DNA of 64,000 bases from Raillietiella orientalis (Eukaryota). The notes under the pieces were generated by a model. That model did not search any database, was not told the origin of the DNA, and was given only the letters and a program-made list of their open reading frames with translations. Positions 1-13,949 of this stretch are shown here, in pieces; the stretch's first letter is position 1; every line of letters starts with the position of its first letter. The stretch spans positions 2,046,001-2,110,000 of the forward strand of contig JAYWIR010000032.1 in assembly GCA_036172245.1 (NCBI GenBank), read 5' to 3'. A program made the translations under genes and the position numbers.

Positions 1-466
1 TTCTAGAGCAATTCCTCTGCTTTCGAAGACTCCAGGAAGAGAAAAAGAGACGGAATGCTGGCGTTCTAGCTGAGCACTACTTCAGTGAAGGAATGGCTGC
101 GTCAGTAAGAGAGCCGTTGTCGTCGCAGCTCTTTGGACTTGGGAGCGCGGCAACGACATCAGGAGAACTTAGAATCAAGAAGAGGCGAGTGGGCCACATC
201 AAAAAGCTGTCATCGATTAATTAGTTGAAGATTCAACAGAGAGTTAGTTGGAAAGAGTTCCCAGTAACGCGTCTTAGCATCCGAGCACAGCCGTGAACTT
301 TGTCTCCCTTTCGAACCAGTATTTCTCTCAAGTAACCTTTCCAGAAGCAATGGATCCCGACATGGAAAGAAAGAACCTGCCACACGGAAGAGAGGCAGTC
401 AACTCGACTCGTCGAAGCTGCAGCTGTTGGACCACAGTGAAACCAAGAGCGTATTTCGAAATTCAT

Positions 467-1050
467 TTAGTAGGTTCAAAATCCCGAGGGATTGCAAAAA
501 ATAAGCAAACATGTTTATTCTCCATAGATTATATACAAATTTATTTGAACACACATAATAGTTCATATTTATTAACGTACATGTTATTAACAGCAATGCG
601 ACTGCAACGTATAGATTTCTCAAGATTTATTAACATTCATTTTATTGATGTAATTGATACATTGTTGATTACATTATTCATATGAATACATTAATACATA
701 TACATTATGAATTATTCAGAAGTGTATACCTTTATTATGTACATCAGTATACGTAAATTATATAAATATATATATATGTAAATATAAATATATACATACA
801 CATATGCAAACATAAATGTGCATATATACACAGAAACACATACACAGATATATACAAATATACATATAATTTCCATATTTATGTTTATATATGTGCATTT
901 TTGTGTAGTTTTATTTGTGTATTTGATAAATATATACTTAATATATATACATGAATATAGAATTTAAGAAAATAAAGAGTAACTGTGACGTTTAAAAATT
1001 ACTCAAAAGATTAAAAAAAGGAACAAATTAAAAAAAAAAAAAAGAAAGAA
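467..1050. mobile_element. AT-rich non-autonomous TIR element, copy 1 (left end only)
   Basis: GGTTCAAAATCCCGA followed by a very AT-rich TA/CA-repetitive interior. Confidence 0.5.
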
Positions 1051-1589
1051 AATATGGCATGTGGAAACGTGAAGAAAAAGTGGAAGATGGGGAAGAACCT
1101 TTTCCTTCTTTATTTGTATTCTTGTAGCTGTTAACTTGGATAATAAAACAGGGATGGAGGTTCGGTAGTACTTCAGAAGAGTTGACCGACCTCCATGACC
1201 ATCAGTCACGGCTTCAGTTCTCGCCTCGAGATGAATATTAAACGCCGTAATCCCGAAAACCGCATTTCTCATTGAAAAAAAGGTCTAGTGGGATAGAAAG
1301 TCGAATTGGCAATTGGTGGTTGCCCTGGTCGTTCACGAAGATCGTTCTTTGCCTGCTGCTGCTTTTTCTTTTCCTTCTTTGTTTTTGAAGGACCACTCTG
1401 AAGGTTGCGCACAAATTCCGTGGTGCCTTGGTGCCCCCTATCTCACACAGAATTTCCATCTTGGAACCATCCTCATGCAAAATGAAAAGCAATTCGAAGC
1501 TACATGTGCCTGAGAAATTCGAGGATTTCCCTATCCTAGGCAACCCTGTGCGAACAGGAAGTGGTTGCTCCGTCTGGAAGGCGCGCAGC

Positions 1590-2642
1590 CGCTGTCCCTC
1601 AAGTTCCCCGACGCCGAAATCCCCAAAGATCTGGGAATTAAACACATGTGTTTTTCAGATGTATACGTAAATTCATATGTAGATTAGTGCATTCATTAAT
1701 ATAGGAAGATTATGAAAAATAAATATGTATGCCTACTATGTATAGATTTCCGTATAGAGTCGTGGATGGATACATATATATTATCAAGATAGGAAAATTA
1801 ATTCATAAATTTATCTATATATTAAAGATTATAAAAATAAATGTACCTTATTATCATGTATATTAATATATATTTATACGTAGATTGCTATACATATGTT
1901 GACATGCATATTATTAATAACATGCATCAATATATATCACTGATACATATTAGAAAGATTATAAAAACCAATATACGTTCATCACATATATTGATGTATA
2001 TTTATACGTGTAACAGATATATATGGAATGAATACATAAATATCGAATTGGAAACACATTTACCGAACGATCAAAGTCCCGCCAACGCAACTCGTCATTT
2101 TGTCAGGAAGTTTCATTTATTGCGCGCTGGGAATCGCAAGAAAAGGAAGTACCAAATTTCTTTTCTGCTGTTTTCATTTTTTTGTTGCTTTCTTTTTTTC
2201 CACTACATTTAATTCTCACTAGCACTCTTTCCTTTTGAACAGCCGGTATTCGTAAATTCATTTCAAGCATATTTATTCTGTATATAAATATACATTGTTC
2301 TACATTATAAACATATAAGTTTGTTTTTTGTGCACATATAAATACATTTAATAAATCATCATAAATTAATTAATAATTTTCATGCTCATATTAATGAATA
2401 CATGTGATAAAATAATATTACTATTAATAGTTCATAAATATTGATAAACATGTCAAAATACACTCGTATGTTTACTTATATACAATACACATAATAAGCA
2501 CATACGTAATCTTTATCATATATATTAATTTGTATATAAATTTACACATTAATGTGCACACGAAACATATGCATTTCGTTTCAAGACCTTTCGGGATATT
2601 GATTTTCGGGATTTTGCTCGTTCGGGATTTGGAACCGAACCC
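1590..2642. mobile_element. AT-rich TIR element copy 2 (both ends)
   Basis: Left end CCCCGACGCCGAAATCCCC and right end (TTCGGGAT)x3..GGAACCGAACCC. Internal island at 2060-2200. Flanks GGCGCGCAGC / GTTCCGCAGC partially match. Confidence 0.7.
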
Positions 2643-2859
2643 GTTCCGCAGCACCGCAGCAACCTCGGCATCACCAGGAGCGTCTCCTTCCGGAGGTCCC
2701 TGAGCTTTCCGAGCTCTTTTCATTCTTGGCGAAGGGATTTTCTTGGGGTCAAGCAGGCGGCTATGTACGCGGCGGGGAAGAACTCGTACACTCTTACAAA
2801 ACGTGGCAGGGGCGACCTGCCGCGGCACTCTCCGCCTGCGCTTCCACTTCTTCCACCAA

Positions 2860-3638
2860 CATATATAAATAATAAGATAAAATGTATATGTATGCTTTAT
2901 CATGTATAGTATTGATATATATATATTAAGAATTATAAAGTATATATGTGTGCACTTTATAATTAAGATTAACATAAAGCTAATCTTACTTAGAAAGTAC
3001 ATACATGTTTATTTTATTATATCAATAAAGTGTATATGTATACACTTTATAAATGAGATTATAAGGCATATATATATATACTTTATAGTCTTTAATATAT
3101 GTATACATACCAATAATATAATAAAAAACCTATATGTTAATGTATGTGTTTCAATAATGATACCATTAACATGTTTGCAAGAAAATAATAGCTATATTTT
3201 ACTAAATTAAATTTGCGTGTTAATCTTCAGATAAATATGCATAGTAGGCATATATATATGTGTACTTATCTATGTGGCTATGAAGACATATATTTTTATA
3301 AACATTAATACATCGGTTCATATATATTACAAAGATTTGAATCCTATTACATTGAATCCTATTACATATACTTACTTTTGTAATGAACAGATTTATTTTT
3401 ATAGTCTTTAATATATAAATAAAATAACCTGTTAATTATATTCATAAAAGGCATGTTGAAAAGTTTGTGCGATCGAGTAATATTACCATTAATAATATGG
3501 ACGTTACTAAGTGTGAATAATTATGCATATTAAAATACATGTGTATATTAATCGACGTAGAATAAGCGTATGTGTGTTTTTTTTTTCTTTTTTGGTTTTC
3601 ACCAAACTTTGATTGCTCGGGGATTTTGACCGGCACGC
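2860..3638. mobile_element. AT-rich TIR element copy 3 (right end only)
   Basis: AT-rich tract ending TCGGGGATTTTGACCGG. Confidence 0.55.
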
Positions 3639-4499
3639 ATTCGGGGGGCTGGACCCAGCCAGGAACGCGGACCACCAGGACCATCTGTCCACATCAAGTG
3701 TTCTGCATCCCCCGCATGACGCACCACCCGCGACTAATCACTCTTCTGGGATGATGCTCCACGAAGGAGGTTCTGGGGGCAGGGGCAGTCTGCAGCCACG
3801 GGGGAAGAGACGGATGTACCTCTCTGTTCGCGCACCGGGCAAGAAGCAGGAATGTGAAGAGGATCGACGCTTGTGCTTGAACCTCCTGTTCCGTCACTGC
3901 CAGAGGGCGGTGATTGTTCTTCCGAACGCAAGCAGCAAACTTGCTCTTCCCCCCACAGCCCATTTGACTCCACTTGATCACCCTAGCCTTCCGCCTCCCC
4001 CGAGAAACGCAGAGTGCCGAGCCTGGAAGACGCACACCGTAAGATAAGCACACTTGGCACTTTCTCTCCTTGTGATGAAGAGGAATGAAAGCGTCGCTGC
4101 TTAGACCGATTTGCTAGAACCAATTCATTGTCTCCAAAAGTCAAAGAACGTGGAAGAACTCATGGCTTCGGCTTCCTCCAGTCTACCTTAATGTTGCTAA
4201 AATAGCATCCCAAGGCAATACTGCTGTGAGGACCTTGATAAGAAAGGGAACAGGGCAGATGGAATGCCCTGTGCCCTGGAATTCACAAGGCCACAGGTCG
4301 AAAACCTCAAACTAGGGAGAGATTCTCGTGGGCTAAACTCCAGCGTAACTTTCCATTCTTCTTTTCCAGCTTTAGACCACTGAAGTTATAGATTCTGCAC
4401 CACTTTGGCACGTATGGGATGCGTCCGTAACCCGGGGACTAGAAAGTACTGGACCACCTCTGCAATCAGTTCATGAGTTGCACTACATCCGCGAATGAC

Positions 4500-5760
4500 A
4501 GAGAGCGCACCAAAGAGTCGGTACGCGAGACTTCAGCATCACCATAAAGATGCAGTAAGGGGTCGAAAATGGGAGGCAGGCCAGTGCTCACTACCAAAAG
4601 AAAGAGCACCCTCAAATTCAGAGACGTGTTCGGACCGCACTGTGCGTAGGGGTCACGTGATAGGAAACCGATCAGCCAATCGTCGCCACCGATTGCCCCT
4701 CCCGAATGAAAGCGTGGACTGCCTGATGGAGAGCGAAAGGGTGTGAGTGCTTTTTGCCTTTTCATCGCGTCGACTTGGACGCTGGAAAACCTTCCTCTGC
4801 TGCTGTAGCGCTTAGGAATGCAAACTTTGGGCGGACGAACCCCGAAATTGGAGAAGAAGAGAGCTGCACTGCGTTACCAAACTCTGCTGCCCTTTCGAGC
4901 CTGCTCACGTGCTGGGGGAGAAAGACGCCAGGATGGGCGGGCATCTTGAACTTCTCGATGGGTCCATCTTCGTAGTAAAATTTGCAAAGCTCTTGGAAAG
5001 ACGATATTCCTCAGGATACCTGTGAAGATCCCCCCTTGCCCTATTGGATCATCATGCTGGTCTTCCCCTTGTCACGACGAGGCGGCATCGATCAAGAAAG
5101 CCCGGTGCAAAAAAACGGAGGCTGAGCATTTGCCTGAGATTTCCCTTCCCTTTTGCTTGCTTTACGGGAATCCAGCCTGCGGCGAAGCGCCTGGGATTCT
5201 GTGGTGGACGCGGAGGACGAAGCGCCTTGTGAGGTTTCCTCGCCGTATGAGAACCATATGAACCTGAGGACGTCTTCCAGCGTCCAGTTCAGCAACGAAG
5301 GACTCCACGATATCTTCCAAGAGCATGGGCACGCGGCCTGGAACACTGGAAGACACAGTTCATCTCCTCTGATATCACAGAGTCTCTGTGTCTCTCCAAT
5401 CGAAGGAGTAAGGAAGGAGCGAGCGGCAGGTTGGCAATTGGCTGCTTTCGAATCCGCTGAAGGTCGTCTGGCCTCGGAGGCTACGAAGATCGGCGAGAAT
5501 CGCTTCCCCCGTTCGTGTTTCCACAACTTGAATGAAACGAGACCACCTAGTTAGGATTACCTCGTGCGTCCAATTCAGACGTCAAGGCAGCTCGCTGTCC
5601 TCGAGCTGAATGCACAAGAGAACAGTGCAGAGAGCATTTCGCCAGGTCCAGAAAAGTCCGGAGTCTGCACCTAGTTATCGAGGAAAGACCTTCGTCAGCA
5701 TCTAAAATTCGACACTTGCTCTGGTGGCATTTCCTAAAAGAGATCACGGCCACTCGGCCA
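4500..5760 (-). mobile_element. Non-LTR RT remnant (clade uncertain)
   Basis: FLDLAK at ~5655 and VFQAACP...SPSLLNWTLEDVLR at ~5345-5265. Confidence 0.45.
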
Positions 5761-5767
5761 CCAACGC

Positions 5768-6440
5768 GGCCGTGTGGCTGCGGTCTCCGCTCTTGGTACC
5801 AAACGTTGAGGGTTCGAATCCCACCTAGGAAAGGATCGTCGTGGGTCCCGAGTCCCCTCCGCAAGATGACGCTGGTTGGCCTTAGAGGCTTCGGGTGCGG
5901 CACTGCTGGAAGCCGGAAGCCGGATGTCTCCGTTGACTGGCCTCCGAGAGTGGAAGTTGACCCTCCGGCGTTCTTCCAGGGCATCAAGGAGCCGGTTCTG
6001 TTCAGGGTTCCCTCCGGAGAAGAACGGGGAAGAGGTTCCCTTCGGGGTTCCCTTGCGAAGCGCAGGAGGAACAGACTCCTTCCCCCGGAGCCTTCCTGGA
6101 TTCGTGGGGTGGTCCCTACGGGGTCACCCTTTATAACTTAAAGAGTTACTCGCACCCTAGGGTGGCGTGGGCAGTCTTAGAAAGAGCAGTGTGAGTCTTC
6201 CTGAGGAAGCGCACAACTCTTCAGCACTTGGCAGACCAATGAAAGGAAAACCGGGAAATAAAAAAATAAAAAAAAACAGCTGGAAGGAAAGCAGAGAGAA
6301 CAGGAAGAAATCCCAGAGGATTTCCATCAAACCTACTACAACCACCGTCTCAACAGCGAGGACCAGTGGCGCTTCGCGGACCGCACGTTCACCCACGCCG
6401 CCGCTTACGTCGTAACCTACGGCCCATTTGAGGGGTTTGG
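5768..6440 (+). mobile_element. L1/Tx1-type LINE 5' end: tRNA-like leader copy 1 (internally shortened) plus start of downstream region
   Basis: GGCCGTGTGGCTGCGG...GAGGGTTCGAATCCCAC (B-box 5811-5821), a second T-arm at ~5838, GGGGTTCCCTCCGGAGAAG monomers, the shared motif GCACCCT(A/C)GGGTGGCGTGG, and an A-rich tract plus GCTGGAAGGAAAGCAG also seen in copy 3. Confidence 0.7.
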
Positions 6441-6449
6441 TGCAAACTG

Positions 6450-6625
6450 CCAAGCGCCCAGCGATCAAAATCCCGCCAACGGAATTCGCCATTTCCCGGG
6501 GAAGCTTCAATGGTTGCGCGTTGGAAATGGCAGGAAAACCAAACGCAAGATTTCCTCTCCCTTCTCTTAATTTGAATTTCGTCCACTATTTTTAATCGTC
6601 ACAACTACGTTTCACTTTCCAAAAT

Positions 6626-6659
<34 letters not shown>

Positions 6660-7146
6660 GAACATAATAGACACATGAGTTTATTTTTTATAATCTTCAC
6701 TATATATATATTAATGCATATCATTAATTAGACCATAAACATGTATTTTAAAATGAATTCGTATATTAATGCATATGTCAATATCTACATATTGATGTAT
6801 AAATTGATATACAATTGAATATATATTAATTTATATATAAATATTTAAATATTGACATGCATGTTCATATACATAGCATAAATAAATTATATCAATAATG
6901 TGCATGCTATTAATATTAATAAATACGTATGTTAAAATAATATTTCTATTAATAATATATGTGTTGATAAATATAAATAAATGTGTATGTTAAAACAATC
7001 TATATATTTATTTACTTCTAAATATGCATACATAGGCATACGTATTTATTTTTATAATCTTTATAGTATTCATTAATCCATATGTGAATTTGCATATTGA
7101 TATGTGCGTTTATTTTTAAGATCCTTCGGGATTTTGATGGGCTCTG
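6450..7146. mobile_element. AT-rich TIR element copy 4
   Basis: Island CGATCAAAATCCCGCCAACGG at ~6462, (TA)n at 6629-6655, and end TTCGGGATTTTGAT. Confidence 0.6.
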
Positions 7147-7449
7147 CGATTTGGGATCCATCTGCTCAGCATCTAAAAGATCGATCGAAGCAGAAATGGG
7201 TGGAACATCGCGCGCGCTTCCCGATCCCGAATCGACATCGACTGGCACCACTTCTTCTTAGGCGTGCGTGTTCTGGGAGATCCCTTCTTCAAGGAAATAC
7301 CCCAATCTGTGGGTCCAGTTGACATCGCTCCTACACCGGATGCTAGGCGCCAACCTCTTGCTGTTGAGGCGCAGCCCCGCGATCTCTGGCTCTCGTATCG
7401 CATTTCATCTCGGTCTTCTGAACATCCGCAGTCCTGGATCCTAAATCGG

Positions 7450-8480
7450 GTGATACCAGTCCTCCTTGGACGTCGGTGCTCGTCCCAGTCGCTGGGTCCA
7501 GTATATACCGCAGCCTACTACTGCATGCGATGGTGCAGCCACAAGGCGAGGTGGGCCGTACGACCTACGGTACTTCCATCATCTCTTCATTTTGTTGACC
7601 CCGGAGCCTCAGGGTGCTTGCTGCTGTTGGAGCACCGTCGGCCACCTGAACATCCACGGTCTGCAGGCAGACAGAGAGGCCTGCGCATTTGATCCCCTTT
7701 CCTTCTCGAGCATCCCTGAATGCGGCAGAAGCGCTCTTGAAGGGGTGGGAAAGGTCCAGGGTGACTTCCCCTGAGCAGTGCCGGATCCATACGGAAGCGG
7801 GAGTTCACTTCAGGTATGACCTTGTGGCCGGAGACCACTTCCCGTTTCCCCTCCATTGCAGTCTTCAGTCGGTGGAACGATGCGATGTGCCGCATGCAGG
7901 GGTGCCAAACTATGATCCTACACTTGGCATCCTCCGCAGACACGATCCTCTTTGCGGGGGTGTGCAATCATCCATCCCCCCGCAAAGAGGAAGGGGATCG
8001 GCCGCGCCGCATGGACAGATCTCTAATCCGGAACTCGGACGTATCCCCCTGGAGAGGAAGTGGCTAGAGTTTCCATGCAACCCAGAGCACGACGCGACTT
8101 TTCTATCCGAGAAATGACAAGCCTGAGTGCGCTGGATAAGACCCATCCTTCAGCGTGGACCGTTGTCGAGAAACATGGGTCTGGTACTCCCGCTCTTCTA
8201 CGAATAGAATTCCGAAAGCATTTCCTGCTCGGAGTCCCTCGGTGTCGTCTGTCCCCGGTCTTCGTCCATCCGATCAACGAGTTGGCTCGAGCACCAGCTC
8301 GAATCCACAGCGTGCTTCTTGCTACTCCCGAAAATGGCGGGAAAATTCCACCAGAAAATAGAATTTTCGACTTTTCACGATTTATCGGTCTTTTGCAGGA
8401 AACCCGAGACACCCAAACACTCCCGAGAGCTTCCGGCCTCTCCAGCGCCACCATCGATCCTTTTCAAATTTGGCCATAAA
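7450..8480 (-). mobile_element. Utopia/NeSL-like RLE non-LTR retrotransposon, C-terminal remnant (probably continues at 9330-10330 beyond an inserted TIR element)
   Basis: SSHFL..GYVRVPD*RSVHAAR (cf. SNHFL..G...RF.DWRF.H.ARL) and RHIASFHRLKTAMEGKREVVSGHKVIPEVNSRFRMD (RHN..LRPD region), followed by IYWT. Confidence 0.7.
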
Positions 8481-8500
8481 CCGACGCCCATGGCGCCCAG

Positions 8501-9326
8501 CGGTGGCGGTCAAAATCCCGAATGTCGGAATCTCGGAAGATCATGGAAAATAAATGTATATGTTTCTTATATGTATTGATGCATATTTTTATATATAATG
8601 AGTATGTAGTAAATAAATATATGAATATCGAATTATAAAGATAGATATTTATTTCTTTTTGCAATTTTTATAATGTACATTCATCCTCATTTAAATACAT
8701 GCGAAACCTTATTGTTAATTATATTTATATATGATAAAAATATTGTTAATTATATTAATATATGTAATAAGCATACTCTTCGTTTCATTAATATATAATA
8801 AACATGTCAATTATATTAATATGTGAAATAAATACATTAATTATATCAATATATATATAAGAAACATATTATAAATCGTATTCATGTATGCAGTAAGTAC
8901 ATTAATTATATTAATATACATAAAATCATACCATTAATGTACGTAATAAGCATATTATTACTTACATTGATATACAATAAATGCATTAGTTATTATATCA
9001 GTTATACCATTATATGTAAAATGATATTAATTATGCCAAGATATATATATATTTAAGCGCCCTATTAATTATATCAACATGTGCACTGAACATACTATCA
9101 ATTGCATTAAGATATTTAATAAGCATATTATTTTCCTTACTCCTCAGTTTAAGGCACAGGCATAAGCATATAATTGATCGCATTCGTACGTGCATTACAC
9201 GCACTTTTAATCATATCCGCATATGATAAACATATGATTAATCATATGAATATAGATAAATAAACATATGTATCTATTTCTCATGATCTTTCAAGACCTC
9301 GACATGCGGCATCTTGAAGCAGACCC
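8501..9326. mobile_element. AT-rich TIR element copy 5 (both ends)
   Basis: Imperfect TIRs of ~65 bp (TCAAAATCCCGAATGTCGGAATCTCGGAAGATCATGGAAAATAAATGTATATG and its inverted partner at 9265-9326). Confidence 0.7.
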
Positions 9327-10330
9327 AAAGCTCAGAAACAGCTGGCGTTTTTTCAGCAATTAGTAGGAAGCTGATAGCAAGGGATCACGCGATCCCTCGA
9401 TATAGACAAATCTAAGAGATCGAGAGATGGAATTCATCGCCCGTAGCCCGTGGACCACTCCAAAGAAGGCGTGGACGTTCGACCTTTCTCCGCGGCTTCC
9501 GTTCTTTATCGTGGCTGGTGGAGTCTGGCGGCGCCCGAAGAACTTGACCACCTCGACTGTGGACACGCTTGTTGTCCATGCAGCAACCGCACATGGTACA
9601 GCACGCAGGGATGCCCTATGCAGCTCCTCCCAACACTTTTCCAGTGATGGGCGGGCACGAGGAAGTAATGCTGGCAATAGCTAAAAACTCGCCTCTCAGC
9701 ACTTTCAGCACATGTAGGTTGGAATGCATCCCTCATGAGCACAGTCGGATCCTGGGCACCCTCAGTGGGTCTTCTTGTCTCCGTACCGAGGAATACATCG
9801 TGGAAAGCAGATTTTGTCACTCGGATTTATTTATTCATTTATTTTTTTACAATCCTTTGATCCAGGGCCATATCAGGCCCTATTGCGTTTGGAATATTAT
9901 TCCACATGACCCTCGTAGTTCATGCGAACGTGAACAGCATGCAGAGATAACTCGGATTCGGATGCAGAAACGGCAGAAGGTGCTTTTACCAACGTGGGAA
10001 ATCACGTAGAAGGCTTTCCCAAGGGTCCTTCTTCCTTGCGGCAGATGGCATTTCAGTCATGGCATTGACAGTCAGAATTTCGTGTTGGTACGACGATTCC
10101 ACGCTTCCTTTTCGAAGTTGATCTCAGCCGAGGTGTCGCGGACGAGGGAGATGGGGGATTACGACAAAAAGCGTCATGATCCCTCTCGAGGAGTTGCGTC
10201 CCAGCTGGAGACGACCCAGGAATGGGTGGGCAGAGATGCACCACTTGCAAATTGCTTGATTAAAGGAACTCACCGAACTACACGGCCCTCTCAGACAAGA
10301 GCAAGATAATGTATGGAGGTCCAAAGTAAT

Positions 10331-11265
10331 GGGTTTGCTTCAAAATCCCGAACGCCGAAATGCCTAGCGATCTCCAAAATAAATACATAGATTCATTATG
10401 TGTATGTATGTGCAGATTTATATATAGATTCACCTATATTATAAAGACGATAAAAAATAAACATATGTGCTTGTTATGTATATAATTACATATGGATTTA
10501 TTTATTTTAACATACATATTCATTAATAAAATTAATAATATACATTAACATATCATGAATATATAAAGATTATTTTATATATTAATATATATTTGTGTAT
10601 ATAATAAATACGTTTTAAAGGAATACATAAATATCGAATTATAAAAGAAATACTGGCGACGATCAAAATTGGTGGGGAAAAATGAATAAAGCCAAAAAAA
10701 AAATTTAAACACGAAAAAGGAATTTGGTATTTCATTTTCGTGTCATTTCCAACAATGAAAGGATTTCTCAGGAAATGACGGATTCTCTTTTCCGGGTTTT
10801 GATCGTTCGACAAATATATATGTACTTATAATCGTGTATTTGCATATTCATTCAATACATATTTATCATATGTATATGAATATACATATACATAATAAAC
10901 CTGTACGTCTATTCTTGTAATCTTCACTAATTTCATTTCTGTATAATTTCTATATTTTTTTGTACGTCTTTATGATCATAATATTATACCAATGTATAAC
11001 TAACACGTCGTCAGTTGCATTAATGATTTGTAAGCTTATAAATAGTAATAAATATCTACGTTAAGACAAAGTTGCACATTAATCTGAATACAACTATATG
11101 TATATTAATATACGGGATAGGGATGGCATATTAATTTTTTATCTTTAGGATATACATTACTTTGTATATTAACCCATATATACATGCGCACATTATTATA
11201 TATAATAAACATATGTATTTCGCTTTTGTGGTCTTTCGGCATTCGGAATTTTTTGATCGGAGCAG
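10331..11265. mobile_element. AT-rich TIR element copy 6 (both ends; island inverted)
   Basis: Left end GGGTTTGCTTCAAAATCCCGAACGCCGAAAT and right end TTTCGGCATTCGGAATTTTTTGATC. Island at 10660-10812 on the minus strand. Confidence 0.7.
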
Positions 11266-12039
11266 CGAGTCAGAGGCCTTAACCGAGGATAAAGGCGCGC
11301 CAAAGAGTGCCATCAAGGAGAGACGCACTGCTGTTTACCATCCGTTCCGAACAGAGCGAAACGGTCCATGGGATGCAGGGAAGATGGAAACGGTGCAGCA
11401 CGCACGCCAAACCAACATGAGGGAAGCTAATGGGATGCGGTCCTCTTCTGTCATCCTGGCAAAGATGATAATTCAACAAGAATTCCGTTGGCCTCCTTTC
11501 CTTTGACGCAAGCCCTTTGGTGACGACGCCGATTTAGGTTTTCCTACGGAGCAAGGGCGAGGGGGGGGGGAGAGGGCGAGCAGAAAGACAAGTGAAGTGC
11601 AAAGAATGCTGAAAAATGAATAGTGCTTCTCCCTCGTTCCGTTTTGGGGAATAAGACACTCCTTGCTGCTAGAGTTCCAAGATGGCACAGGCAGCAGCCA
11701 CTCGAAGGGCTCCTCCGTGTTTACGGAAGAGTTTCGAAACTGAGATTGCACTCGTGAGCGGGTCTAACGAGCGGGAGGGCCCTCAAGGATTTTGCCGCAG
11801 CCAGCCCCAGAAGCATCGCACTCTTTAATGCCCTGATTAGTACCTCATTATGCAGCGTAACCAAGGAGATACAATCTCAGCTGCCCCGTCCGCTGTAGCG
11901 GTGTTTCCAAACAAGGAGAATTGCAGCCGGCTACGGACACACACATACAAAAAAAAAAAGAAACGCCGCAATTTTTTTTTCCTTTTTTTTATTTTTTTCC
12001 AGCAAGTACGTGCAGCATGTGCATGCCTTCAAGAGGCTA

Positions 12040-12360
12040 TTACACTCACGAATATCGTGGATTCTACTGATTGCGAATCAGAATATTGATAGTAGTCAAT
12101 TCCCAAGCAGCCAGATTTTTCGTAAACACGGCGAGTGTCCTCTGAGAACATACCAATTTATCACTATTTCAGGATATGAAATTGGTGTTTCCTTTGATTC
12201 TCGCTTAAATGGCACTGCATGTGGGTTCTGGCTCCCCTGCTTGGTCGGGAAACGGATGGTGGTTCCGAAAGAATTATATGGGTGGTGCACTGATTGCTAT
12301 TAATTCGGTTATAAGGTATTCGCTTCCGTATCCTCTGGAACCATCAACGGTTCGCGCCGG
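12040..12360 (+). mobile_element. Possible APE endonuclease remnant (CR1/jockey-like)
   Basis: ITISGYE and RKNYMGGALIAIN (GGGVLIA-like). Confidence 0.3.
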
Positions 12361-12663
12361 TTGCTACGTCGGAAACTGCACGGCCCTCCCCCAAGTCGCA
12401 GGCGGTTCCGAATGAAGCCATTGGTGTTTGAATCATTCCTCGGGAGCGTTCGAAGGTTCTCGAAAGCACCCCCTCGGCTATGCATCGAAGAAAATCCAAA
12501 AAAGATGACAGAGAGGATGCGTAGATGTCGTGCAGACCAGACTTGCCGCTTTATCGGATCCCAGCCTCCGCCTCAGGACCGAACTGAAAGCCAAGATGCT
12601 TCCGGCGGACTTTCTTCCGGGTTGCCTGAAGAGCATCAAGCCACAGATGTGTCCCGAGATGGC

Positions 12664-13916
12664 CGGGGCCGATCGAAATCCCGAAAGGTACTAAAAAAAT
12701 AAATACACTCGCGTTTATTATGCATATTCATATGCATACTCATGTGTAGATTAACGTGGAAATTTATTCCAGCACACCTACCTATTAATACCTATTAACA
12801 CATAATACTGATATGATTGAATAATGTCTTTATTATGGATAATAAAATATGCTCATATAGAGATTAATATAATAAAGATTAATGAAGAAAATACGTATGC
12901 TTATCGTGCATATAGATATAGATTGATAGCAAAGTACATTTTGACATCATAACTATTGTAAACTAAAAAAATATTAAAATAACTAATGATACGCTTATTA
13001 TATATATTGATAAACAGATGAATAATATATTATGAAGATTATAGAAGAATAAATAAGTTTCTTATATATAGCAATATGTGTATGTATGCATAGGTCGAGA
13101 TATAGAGTAAAGTATATCATAAAAAAAAACTGGAAAATTAATGTATATGTTCACATGTATAGTTTGTATGCAGATTAATGCGCAAGTTTATTTTAACATG
13201 TGTATTTATTCAGACTTATAAGCTTACAAATTATTAATATAATTAATGATGTGTTTATTATATATATAATGTAAAGATAATAAAGATTTATTTAAATTAT
13301 AAACATAAATTAGTGAGGATTATAAGAATAAATGGATGTTTTTGTATATATTTATAAATATATATAATTAATATGTATTCAATGAACACATAAATATCTA
13401 ATTTTAAACACACAGACCTGCCAAACGATCAAATTCTTCAGAATGGAATCCACCAGTTGTTGAGGAAGCTGCGTCTGCAGTGCTAAAAATAACAGGAAAA
13501 TGAAATACCAAATGTTCTTTTGGTTTTTTCCTTAATTTTTTCGCTCTTTTATTTTTTCTCGCTATTTTTGATCGTCATCAGTATTTCTTTTGTAATTCGA
13601 TATTTATGTATCCATTTGATACGTATTTATTGTATACATAAGTACATATTAATATATATAATAAGTACATCTATATTATAATCTTTGCCATATGTTTTAA
13701 TAGTATCTGTATGCACGTTATTAATAACATGTGTTAATAAATTAAATAAATGTGTTAATGTGTTAATAACATGTGTTAATAAATCAGTTAAACATGTGTT
13801 AATAAAATAAATTTGCATATTGATCTATACATATGAATATACATATGATAAGCATACATATTTGTTTTTGTAGGCTCTTCAGGGATTTTGATCGTTTGGG
13901 ATTTCGAACCGAACCT
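12664..13916. mobile_element. AT-rich TIR element copy 7 (both ends)
   Basis: Left end GATCGAAATCCCGAA and right end GGGATTTTGATCGTTTGGGATTTCGAACCGAACC. Island at 13420-13580 and TTAATAACATGTG tandem units at 13720-13805. Confidence 0.7.
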
Positions 13917-13949
13917 TCTTCCGGTGGCAACCAAAGTGAATCTCTAGGT

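Noticed and set aside
5768..5830. Functional tRNA gene
   Set aside because: The D-arm is truncated, there is no acceptor-stem pairing, and the copies are divergent. It is only a tRNA-derived head.
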